Below, piece by piece: positions 26,993 to 34,947 of a stretch of 37,459 nt of DNA (positions are counted from its first letter, which is position 1; each line of letters opens with the position of its first letter). The notes under the pieces are model-generated. The model saw nothing but the letters and a program-made list of their open reading frames with translations, ran no database searches and had not been told where the DNA came from. The stretch lies in NCBI GenBank assembly GCA_964650475.1, contig CAZYRK010000005.1, forward strand, positions 1 through 37,459, read 5' to 3'. The DNA comes from an uncultured Candidatus Saccharibacteria bacterium (GTDB taxonomy: Bacteria > Patescibacteriota > Minisyncoccia > Phycocordibacterales > Phycocordibacteraceae). The position numbers and the translations under genes were made by a program.

Positions 26993-27079
26993 CGGAGAGG
27001 GAGGGATTCGAACCCTCGATACAGTTGCCCGTATGCCGGTTTTCGAAACCGGTGCCTTCGACCACTCAGCCACCTCTCC
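26993..27079 (-). tRNA. tRNA-Ser(CGA), long variable arm, CCA not encoded
   Basis: GGAGAGGTGGCTGAGTGGTCGAAGGCA-CCGGT-TTCGAAA-ACCGG-...-GAGGGTTCGAATCCCTC-CCTCTCC-G. Confidence 0.97.
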
Positions 27080-27136
27080 TTTCGCGCGTAAAACTAAACG
27101 CTACGCAGGTATCCTAACATATTTTGTATACAAAAA

Positions 27137-27180
27137 GGACGCAGCCCTCTGCCTTCCGTAAAAGGCACAGGGCTGCGTCC
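27137..27180 (-). terminator. Long hairpin terminator after the small acidic ORF
   Basis: GGACGCAGCCCT-C-TGCCTT...AAGGCA-C-AGGGCTGCGTCC, followed on the minus strand by TTTTT (27136-27132). Confidence 0.7.
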
Positions 27181-27194
27181 GAAAGAACGGAAAG

Positions 27195-27302
27195 TTAGGC
27201 AGCAGCCTCGCCTTCCGTTGTCGGCTGTGCATCCGTTGCTGGCTGCGCGTCCGTAGTGGTCTCTTCCTGAGTTGCCTCTGTGTTCTGTGTTTCGTTGTCC
27301 AT
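27195..27302 (-). CDS. Small acidic low-complexity peptide (35 aa)
   Basis: MDNETQNTEATQEETTTDAQPATDAQPTTEGEAAA; own terminator immediately downstream; TDAQP repeated twice. Confidence 0.5.
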   Translation of the reverse strand: MDNETQNTEATQEETTTDAQPATDAQPTTEGEAAA

Positions 27303-27677
27303 ATTATTTTTGGTTAGACGGACCTTTTCAAAAGAAAAAACCCGTCTTGTAATTAGACTGGCAAAATTCGACCTGCACACATAAAGTTACCATGTAGCGG
27401 GCAAGAAATCAACCACGCAAGCCGTCATGTGTGACAAACCTTTTAGCACCCCCCACATCACTATATCTCTACTTTAGTTGTTACAAAAGCTCTTGTCTTT
27501 CTCCAAAAACATTATTTACATACTTCATTGAGCTCAAAATAACCTGTGCGAAAACGAGCCTTTTGTTGCCCGATATTAAGACACGGAATTTCGTACTCCC
27601 CTACCAGCTCATTTTTTCTCTAGATTAAATGGTGGCAATTATCGTACAAAAATGGCATAGTATCATCTACAGGTTAT

Positions 27678-27752
27678 GGCCCTATCGTCTAACGGCTAGG
27701 ACAACGCCCTTTCACGGCGTAAATCGGAGTTCGATTCTCCGTGGGGTCACCA
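27678..27752 (+). tRNA. tRNA-Glu(TTC), CCA encoded
   Basis: GGCCCTATCGTCTAACGGCTAGGACA-ACGCC-CTTTCAC-GGCGT-AAAT-CGGAGTTCGATTCTCCG-TGGGGTC-ACCA. Confidence 0.97.
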
Positions 27753-27869
27753 ATATTCTTAATAAACCGTTTCGTAGATATACAGAATTGTAACGGTGGC
27801 GGTATAACGCCAATTATTGTATATTGCATAATAGCTTTTGCGATACTTTCGCATAGCCAAAACTAGCTT

Positions 27870-27946
27870 GCGCGGTTAGCTCAGTTGGTTAGAGCGTCCC
27901 CTTGACGTGGGGAAGGTCGGGGATTCGAATTCCTCACCGCGCACCA
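27870..27946 (+). tRNA. tRNA-Val(GAC), CCA encoded; atypical A53-U61 and G37
   Basis: GCGCGGTTAGCTCAGTTGGTTAGAGCG-TCCCC-TTGACGT-GGGGA-AGGTC-GGGGA-TTCGAAT-TCCTC-ACCGCGC-ACCA. Confidence 0.94.
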
Positions 27947-27969
27947 AATACATAAATAAATATTTCATC

Positions 27970-28734
27970 ATGTCTGCAAAACATACAAAAAAAGAGAAAA
28001 TCTATATATACGGTAAGCACGCCCTCGAAGAGGCACTTGCTTATGCTCCGCACTCGGTAAGAAAAGTTTTTATCGATCCGGCGGTTAAAGATCAAGAGCT
28101 CCGAAAACTTGTAGAAGAAACCAAAATACCTTTCGCTCCTCTTAAAGCAAACGGAGCAAGTCGTGTCTCTAAAGAAGCGGTGCATCAAGGAATTATAGGA
28201 ACACTAAACCCTTCTGCCCTGCTCACCCCTTTCGATAAATTCGTAAAGACGCTCGACATAGACAAAAAACCTTCTCTCGTACTTTTAGGAGAGATACAAG
28301 ACCCGCACAATGTTGGAGCAATTATCCGCTCGGCAGCTGCGTTTGGAATCTCCGGCGTACTAATCCCCGAGCACAATCAAGCTGGAATAACCGGTGCTGT
28401 TGTAAAAGCCTCTGCGGGAATGGTGTTTCGCGTTCCGCTTGTATCTATCGGCAATATAAACAACACAATCCGCACATTAAAAGAGCAGGGTTTTTGGGTG
28501 TACGGTCTGGAAATGGAAGGTAAAAATATTCTTAGCGAAGAAAGTTTCGAAACTCCGACACTGTTTATTATGGGAAATGAAGCAACCGGTGTACGCCAAA
28601 AAACACTCGAGCTTTGCGATGTTGCTCTTTCAATAAAAATGCACCCTCGGTGCGAGTCGCTAAACGTAGCGGCATCTGCAGCGATAGTTTTCTCTGCATG
28701 GAGTGCAAAGCATCCGAAAGCATTAACAACATGA
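27970..28734 (+). CDS. rlmB: SpoU/TrmH-family RNA methyltransferase (23S rRNA Gm2251 RlmB-like)
   Basis: Start moved to 27970; IYGKHALEEAL, HQGI, IQDPHNVGAIIRSA, KASAG, MGNEATG, ESLNVAASAAI. Confidence 0.88.
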   Translation: MSAKHTKKEKIYIYGKHALEEALAYAPHSVRKVFIDPAVKDQELRKLVEETKIPFAPLKANGASRVSKEAVHQGIIGTLNPSALLTPFDKFVKTLDIDKKPSLVLLGEIQDPHNVGAIIRSAAAFGISGVLIPEHNQAGITGAVVKASAGMVFRVPLVSIGNINNTIRTLKEQGFWVYGLEMEGKNILSEESFETPTLFIMGNEATGVRQKTLELCDVALSIKMHPRCESLNVAASAAIVFSAWSAKHPKALTT

Positions 28735-29630
28735 GCACATCAAAACGTATCGATATCACAGCAAATGCGTGGAGTGGATACGAGCTTTTAGACTCCGGCG
28801 AAAACATGAAGCTGGAGCGTTTTGGCGAAGTGGTCGTGGCACGTCCGGAAACACAGGCGCTTTGGTTAAAAAAACAACCCGAGCTTTGGAGCAAAGCAGA
28901 CGCATCTTTTTCATGGGAGAAAAAGAAAGGAGCGTGGAAAATTGCAAAAGATGTTCCTGAAAAATGGCAGGTGCCGTGGAAAAAGATGCATCTTAATGCA
29001 CGACTAACCTCGTTTAAACACACCGGAATATTTCCGGAGCAAGCACCAAACTGGGAATGGATAGAAGCCCGCACTAAAGCTCTAAAAAATCCCAAAGTTC
29101 TAAACCTTTTCGGTTATACCGGCGGGGCAAGTATCGTGGCGGCACTCGCCGGAGCAGATGTGACGCACGTAGACGCATCCAAACAAAGCCTCACATGGGC
29201 GCACAAAAACGCAGACTCTTCTGGCATAGACGACTCCTTTGAAGACGGCAGTGTCCGTTATATTCTCGATGATGCACTTCGTTTTGCAAAGCGCGAAGCG
29301 CGCCGTGGCACAAGCTACGACGGCATAATACTCGACCCGCCGGCTTTTGGTCGTGGCGCCAAAGGAGAGGTTTGGCATATAGAAAAAGATCTGCCAATCC
29401 TCATGGAGATATTGCAAACCCTCCTATCTGAAACAGCAGGATGTTTTTTTCTGCTAAACGGATATGCCTCCGGATACTCGCCACGCACTTTTTTGCAAAT
29501 AACAGAAGATATTTTCCCCAAAGAAAATATTACATACGGCGAAATATCCATTGCACAGCGCGACGATGAGGAGCGCGTTGTTCCTGCCGGTATATATGTA
29601 CGCTTTGCACGAGGTACAGATACGTCGTAA
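28731..29630 (+). CDS. Class I SAM-dependent methyltransferase (RlmI/RlmK-like family)
   Basis: Start moved to 28731 (ATGA overlap); YELLDSGENMKLERFG, FKHTGIFPEQAPNW, VLNLFGYTGG, HVDAS, ILDPPAFGRG. Confidence 0.88.
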   Translation: MSTSKRIDITANAWSGYELLDSGENMKLERFGEVVVARPETQALWLKKQPELWSKADASFSWEKKKGAWKIAKDVPEKWQVPWKKMHLNARLTSFKHTGIFPEQAPNWEWIEARTKALKNPKVLNLFGYTGGASIVAALAGADVTHVDASKQSLTWAHKNADSSGIDDSFEDGSVRYILDDALRFAKREARRGTSYDGIILDPPAFGRGAKGEVWHIEKDLPILMEILQTLLSETAGCFFLLNGYASGYSPRTFLQITEDIFPKENITYGEISIAQRDDEERVVPAGIYVRFARGTDTS

Positions 29631-29639
29631 AGTAAACAT

Positions 29640-30509
29640 ATGCCAAAACCACGCACAATAATTTTGTATCACGGCGGATGCCCCGATGGTTTCGGAGGAG
29701 CTTATTCCGCATGGAAAAAGTTTGGAGACGATGCCGAGTACATTCCTCTGTACCGCTCGCACCCTGTTCCAGAGGGGTTAGACGGATGCAATCTTTATTT
29801 TATCGATTTCTGCTACCCGAAAGAAATAATGGAAACTTTTAGAAAGACCGCGCAGTCTGTCATCGTACTCGACCACCACGAAGGAGCCAGCGAAACAGCC
29901 CTGTCTTTCGAGGGGGTATTCGACCAAAACCATTCCGGAGCTGTTATTGCTTGGAACTATTTTCACAAAGAAAAGCCCGTACCTAAACTACTCTCGTATA
30001 TAGAGGACGGAGATCTTTACCGCTTCGCGCTTCCCCACTCCCGAGAAATACTTTCTTCCATATATAGCGAGCCTTGGGAATCTTTTGAATACTTCGATTC
30101 TACAATCGAAAAAATGAAAGACCCTTCCAAGCTTGAGCAGATGGCAACAATCGGGGCGCACTATATAAAGTATCGCCAAAGTATAATAAACTCTCACGTT
30201 AAAAAAGCCGAGTTGGTACTTTTTGAAGGCTACGAGTGCTATCTCGCAAGCTCCACAGGAGAGTTTACAAGCGATGTGGGGCATGCGCTCGCAGAGAAAA
30301 AACCGCCGATTGCGCTTATAGTAAGCGCAGACGCTTTAGGTTTAAGAATATCTCTTCGAAGCGATAGTAGCGTAGATGTTTCAAAGCTTGCGCAAATATA
30401 CGGAGGAAACGGTCACCCCGCTGCCTCAGGTATCCGAATCCCGTTCGGGGCACCTATCCCATGGAAAATTATTCCGAAAGATGAAAAAGATGAAGTTACT
30501 GGCGATTGA
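29640..30509 (+). CDS. DHH/DHHA1-family phosphoesterase
   Basis: 289 aa; YHGGCPDG, FIDF, LDHH, SGAVIAW, D-DL, SLRS, GGNGHPAASG. Confidence 0.85.
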   Translation: MPKPRTIILYHGGCPDGFGGAYSAWKKFGDDAEYIPLYRSHPVPEGLDGCNLYFIDFCYPKEIMETFRKTAQSVIVLDHHEGASETALSFEGVFDQNHSGAVIAWNYFHKEKPVPKLLSYIEDGDLYRFALPHSREILSSIYSEPWESFEYFDSTIEKMKDPSKLEQMATIGAHYIKYRQSIINSHVKKAELVLFEGYECYLASSTGEFTSDVGHALAEKKPPIALIVSADALGLRISLRSDSSVDVSKLAQIYGGNGHPAASGIRIPFGAPIPWKIIPKDEKDEVTGD

Positions 30510-31776
30510 AACCTCGTGCGATGAAACCGCAATAGCTATAGTGGAAGCTGTCGGGGACGAAACTTCTGCCACCTTTCAAATACAAGGAGACGCCTTACTT
30601 TCGCAAATAGAATTGCATCGACCATACGGAGGTGTTTTCCCAAACCTCGCAAAGCGTGAACATGCAAAAAATATAATTCCACTCACCCGCGCAGCGCTTG
30701 AAGAGTCTGGTCTGCTACACCAAAATGCAAACGCCGTATCTACTGAAAAGAGAAACCGCATCGCTTCTCTTTTTACACACGACCAAGATCTTGCTGAGCA
30801 ATTTTTCGATTTTGTAACAGAAGTCGAACCGCCAGAAATAGATGCTATCGCCGTTACGGCATGTCCGGGGCTTGAACCGGCGTTGTGGGTTGGTGTAAAC
30901 ACCGCAAAAGCTTTTTCCATTTTTTGGGACAAACCTCTCGTAGCCGTTAATCATATGGAGGGGCACATACTTTCCGCACTGGCAAAAACCAAAAACAATG
31001 GCTCCACCGAAACACCGATGCTTGAGATTTCAAATGTCGAGCTACCTGTTCTCGCGCTTCTTATTTCCGGTGGTCATACCGAGCTTACAGTAATGCGCAA
31101 ATGGCTTTCATATGAACTTATCGGAGAAACGCGCGACGATGCCGTCGGCGAAGCCTTCGACAAAGTCGCGCGTTTGCTCGGACTTCCATACCCTGGAGGA
31201 CCAGAAATATCAAAACTCGCGGAAGATGTTCGTGCATCCACGGAGGAAAAAGAGGCTGGTGACTTACCTGCAAAAACTTCGGATAAGCAAGACCGCCGAG
31301 AACAGGAAAAAGATGCTTTCATGTGCAAACTTCCCCGCCCGATGATACAAGACCAATCATGCGACTTCTCATTCGCTGGGCTCAAAACTGCCACAAGATA
31401 TTTAATACAAGACCTTGGCGAAATAAACGACTCTACAAAATCGCAAATTGCACTCGAGTTTGAAAATGCCGTAACAGATGTCCTTCTTTCAAAAACACTG
31501 CGCGCACTTAAAGAAACCGGAGCAAAAACACTCGTGCTTGGTGGAGGAGTTTCCGCAAACAAACATATCCGCGAGGTTTTCACAAAAGAAATCGCGCACG
31601 CACATCCGGAAGTGTCTCTTAAAATACCTCAAGCATCTTTAACAACCGACAACGCCATTATGATTGCGCTCGCCGGTTTCTATCGTGCTTCGCGCCACGA
31701 ATACGCAGATACAGAATCTCTCACACCGAGCGGTTCGAAGTCTCTTGCTAAAAAACCGACTAACACCGCCAGCTAA
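30490..31776 (+). CDS. tsaD: tRNA threonylcarbamoyladenosine transferase TsaD, with lineage-specific insertions
   Basis: Start moved to 30490 (MKLLAIETSCDET); HMEGH, LLISGGHT, DDAVGEAFDKVAR, YPGGP, FSFAGLKT, GGVSAN, TDNAIMIA. Confidence 0.95.
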   Translation: MKLLAIETSCDETAIAIVEAVGDETSATFQIQGDALLSQIELHRPYGGVFPNLAKREHAKNIIPLTRAALEESGLLHQNANAVSTEKRNRIASLFTHDQDLAEQFFDFVTEVEPPEIDAIAVTACPGLEPALWVGVNTAKAFSIFWDKPLVAVNHMEGHILSALAKTKNNGSTETPMLEISNVELPVLALLISGGHTELTVMRKWLSYELIGETRDDAVGEAFDKVARLLGLPYPGGPEISKLAEDVRASTEEKEAGDLPAKTSDKQDRREQEKDAFMCKLPRPMIQDQSCDFSFAGLKTATRYLIQDLGEINDSTKSQIALEFENAVTDVLLSKTLRALKETGAKTLVLGGGVSANKHIREVFTKEIAHAHPEVSLKIPQASLTTDNAIMIALAGFYRASRHEYADTESLTPSGSKSLAKKPTNTAS

Positions 31777-32060
31777 AACTACGCGATACGTTGCGATGCA
31801 TTTGGGAAGGTCTAACCTTCCCAAAATGTTAGACGATCTATCATGATGAAAAACCACGCGCTACATTACAAGAGGTAGGGTGCTCCAGGCCGCTAGGCCG
31901 AGCCTTACCCTACGCTCTTGCAACGTACCATATGCTTTTTAGTTGTGGAAAAGTTGGGAAGGTTAGACCTTCCCAACTAAAAACGTAGTATGGGAGTTCG
32001 TATCTCGATAACAACTCGTAAGAACCCGCGGTGTTTTTTACAAAACACCGCGGGTTCTTA
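31776..32060. repeat. Mosaic palindromic repeat cluster after tsaD (modules A and B plus two hairpins)
   Basis: B ACGCGATACGTTGC 31781-94; A TTTGGGAAGG-TCTAA-CCTTCCCAAA 31801-25; hairpin 31869-31920; inverted B 31920-29; inverted A 31952-78; 19-bp perfect hairpin 32019-60. Confidence 0.85.
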
Positions 32061-32141
32061 TCTTGCGCTCCAAGCAAAAAAGTGGCATGCTTCAAAAAGA
32101 TTGTATCCCATAAAAGCTGTTTAAAATAAAGGAGAGTTGTT

Positions 32142-32603
32142 ATGAACGCACCGGAAATATTGGAAAGACTTAGTGGGCGAGTTCGTTGTATCACTATTGG
32201 TGAAAATATCTGGATAGGCGGTACTTCACTTTGGTATTATGAAAAAGAAGTTGGACACCTAATCTGCCTTAATCTGGACGGGTCGCTGAACGAGGGCGTG
32301 ACCAACCGATTGAAAAAAATTGATGGCAATGTTTATTGCATCACACAAACAGGTAACAATGTATGGGTTGGCGGAGACTTCAGTCACTATGGAGGAAAAG
32401 AAGTTGGGCGTCTCGTTTGCCTCAACATGGACGGGTCGTTGAATGAAAGCGTGATGAATAAATTGGAAGGGTTTGATGACTGCGTTTATTGCATCACAAA
32501 AATTAACAACAAAGTGCTGGTAAGCGGGGACTTCATTATGTACGGTACAAAAAAAGTCGGTCGCTACATCTGGCTTGACTTAGATGGTTCGCTAGTGAAA
32601 TAG
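32142..32603 (+). CDS. Small protein of three tandem ~49-aa beta-propeller blade repeats (delta-60 / DUF5122-like)
   Basis: 153 aa; three repeats of V-CIT....W(I/V)GG....KEVG-L-CLN-DGSL; SD AAGGAG at 32129-34. Confidence 0.75.
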   Translation: MNAPEILERLSGRVRCITIGENIWIGGTSLWYYEKEVGHLICLNLDGSLNEGVTNRLKKIDGNVYCITQTGNNVWVGGDFSHYGGKEVGRLVCLNMDGSLNESVMNKLEGFDDCVYCITKINNKVLVSGDFIMYGTKKVGRYIWLDLDGSLVK

Positions 32604-32624
32604 CGAACCATTGAAACAGCTTAT

Positions 32625-32657
32625 AAAAGCCCCTTATTAATTAAATAAGGGGCTTTT
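32625..32657 (+). terminator. Intrinsic terminator after the propeller gene
   Basis: AAAAGCCCCTTATT-AATTA-AATAAGGGGCTTTT followed by CTTTTT. Confidence 0.75.
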
Positions 32658-32739
32658 CTTTTTTGTAATGTTTATAATTATGATTTAAATTGGTGTTTCT
32701 AAAAACCCCTTAATTTGCTACACTATTTATAATAAACTT

Positions 32740-34938
32740 ATGGACGACGCCTTTCGAAAACCATATAAATCTGTCGATACTGAGCCTAAAATATATGAGC
32801 TGTGGGAAAAGAGCGGTATGTTTAACCCCGACAATTTACCGGACGCAAAAAACCGCGAACCTTTTTCAATAGTGCTTCCACCGCCAAACGTGACCGGTCG
32901 CCTGCATATGGGTCATGCACTTATCCTTTCTCTGGAAGACATAATCATTCGTTTCAAACGCATGCGCGGGTACCGAACACTCTGGCTCCCCGGCACCGAC
33001 CACGCGGCAATCGCAACGCAGTCTGTCGTCGAGAAGAGAATTCAAAAAGAAGAAAAGCTAAATCGCCACGACCTTGGGCGCGATGAGCTACTAAAACGTA
33101 TAGAAAAATTCGCAAACGAAAGTCACGACACCATCATCTCTCAGATAAAAACAATGGGAGCATCTGTCGACTGGTCACGTGAAGTTTTCACTCTCGACCA
33201 AACACGTAGTTTGGCGGTGCGCACCATGTTTAAAAAAATGTACGATGCCGGTCTTATTTACAGAAGCAACCGTATTGTAAACTGGGATCCAAAAGGACAA
33301 ACAACAATCTCTGATGACGAAATTGTTTATAAAGAACGCTCCACCACTCTTTATACTTTCCGATACAGCAAAGACTTCCCTATCCCCGTAGCGACCACGC
33401 GCCCCGAAACCAAAGTGGGCGATGTCGCTGTTGCTGTGCACCCAGACGATACCCGCTACAAAGACTTTATCGGAAAAGAATACAATCTTACTTTTTGCGA
33501 TGTACCAATTCATATTAAAGTCGTTGCAGATTATGCTGTCGACATGGAATTTGGCACCGGAGCGGTGGGTGTTACACCTGCGCATAGCCAAACAGACTGG
33601 GATATTGCAGAGCGCCACAATTTACCGCGAAAACAAATCATAAATGAATACGCAAAAATGACCGTATCGGGTCGTCTTGAAAACAAAAAAGTAGCAGAGG
33701 CGCGCGAAATGGTAGTAGCATGGCTTCGCGAAGAAAACTTGCTCGAAGAAGAACAAGAAATGACACACAACGTCTCTACCGCAGAGCGCACAGGAGGAAC
33801 AATCGAACCGCTACCAAAACTACAATGGTTTATCGACGTAAACAAACAGTTCACAATCCCTAACTCAAAAATTTCAGGTATCGAATCCGGAAGCGAAACG
33901 ACACTGAAAGAAATGACACGTAAAGCCGTAGAGAGTGGTGACATAAAAATTCTTCCGGAACATTTTGTAAAAACGTATTTCCACTGGATTGATAACCTGC
34001 GCCCGTGGTGCATAAGCCGTCAGATATGGTACGGGCACCGTATCCCCGTATGGTATCGCGGTGAAGAAATATATGTTGGTATTGAAGAACCTTCCGAAGA
34101 CGGCTGGAAACAAGACCCCGACACCCTCGACACATGGTTCTCTTCCGGTCTATGGACATTTTCCACCATGGGTTGGCCTGAGGCATGGGATATGGAAAAA
34201 GGAGTGGCAAAAGAAGGCAGTGACCTCGCCGTTTGGCGTCCTACAGATATTCTCGAAACAGGACACGATATTTTATTTTTCTGGGTTGCACGCATGGTGC
34301 TTATGACAGGCTTCGCGCTTGGCGAAATTCCTTTCAAAACAGTGTATCTAAACGGTCTTGTGCGCGATGCCAAAGGTCGAAAAATGTCGAAATCTCTCGG
34401 AAACAATCTCGATCCGCTAGACGTAACCGAAAAATTCGGTACCGACGCAACACGTATGGCACTTGTGGTTGGCAACGCACCTGGCATGGACACGCGTATA
34501 AGCGAGGAGAAAATTAAAGGCTACAAACATTTTGCAAACAAGCTGTGGAATATCTCACGTTTTATTTTGGAACGTACCGATGAAATAGACCTAGCGGAAA
34601 AGCTCTCCGAGACTGATGCCAAGATTTATGGCGAGCTTTCAAAAATTGTTCGCGAAGTTTCAGAAGACATAGATGCATACCGCATACACATAGCCGCAGA
34701 AAAACTTTATCACTTTACATGGCACAGACTTGCCGATGAAATACTCGAGGAATCGAAACCGATACTTTTGGATGGTGATGAAGTCGCGCGCGCTTCGCGC
34801 GCGCGACTTCTGCGCGACACCCTAGACACTATCCTAAAACTCCTACACCCTTTTATGCCTTTTATAACCGAAGAAATATGGCAACGTATCCCCAACCAAT
34901 CTGAAAAAATGCTTATGACCGCCACGTGGCCGAGTTAA
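32740..34938 (+). CDS. valS: Valine--tRNA ligase lacking the C-terminal coiled-coil arm
   Basis: 732 aa; PPPNVTG-LHMGH, GTDHAAIATQ, ATTRPET, WCISRQIWYGHRIP, DTWFSS, KMSKSLGN; ends at TATWPS. Confidence 0.97.
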   Translation: MDDAFRKPYKSVDTEPKIYELWEKSGMFNPDNLPDAKNREPFSIVLPPPNVTGRLHMGHALILSLEDIIIRFKRMRGYRTLWLPGTDHAAIATQSVVEKRIQKEEKLNRHDLGRDELLKRIEKFANESHDTIISQIKTMGASVDWSREVFTLDQTRSLAVRTMFKKMYDAGLIYRSNRIVNWDPKGQTTISDDEIVYKERSTTLYTFRYSKDFPIPVATTRPETKVGDVAVAVHPDDTRYKDFIGKEYNLTFCDVPIHIKVVADYAVDMEFGTGAVGVTPAHSQTDWDIAERHNLPRKQIINEYAKMTVSGRLENKKVAEAREMVVAWLREENLLEEEQEMTHNVSTAERTGGTIEPLPKLQWFIDVNKQFTIPNSKISGIESGSETTLKEMTRKAVESGDIKILPEHFVKTYFHWIDNLRPWCISRQIWYGHRIPVWYRGEEIYVGIEEPSEDGWKQDPDTLDTWFSSGLWTFSTMGWPEAWDMEKGVAKEGSDLAVWRPTDILETGHDILFFWVARMVLMTGFALGEIPFKTVYLNGLVRDAKGRKMSKSLGNNLDPLDVTEKFGTDATRMALVVGNAPGMDTRISEEKIKGYKHFANKLWNISRFILERTDEIDLAEKLSETDAKIYGELSKIVREVSEDIDAYRIHIAAEKLYHFTWHRLADEILEESKPILLDGDEVARASRARLLRDTLDTILKLLHPFMPFITEEIWQRIPNQSEKMLMTATWPS

Positions 34939-34947
34939 AATAAAAAC

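Noticed and set aside
26862-27073. Two 67-aa ORFs over tRNA-Ser
   Set aside because: Translations of the tRNA gene and its trailer.
27431-27628. 65-aa ORF between the acidic peptide and tRNA-Glu
   Set aside because: No SD, leaderless promoter, terminator or recognisable composition; more likely promoter-containing intergenic DNA.
32142-32603. Diversity-generating retroelement target or template repeats
   Set aside because: The internal repeats differ at all base types rather than only at adenines, and no reverse transcriptase is in the window.
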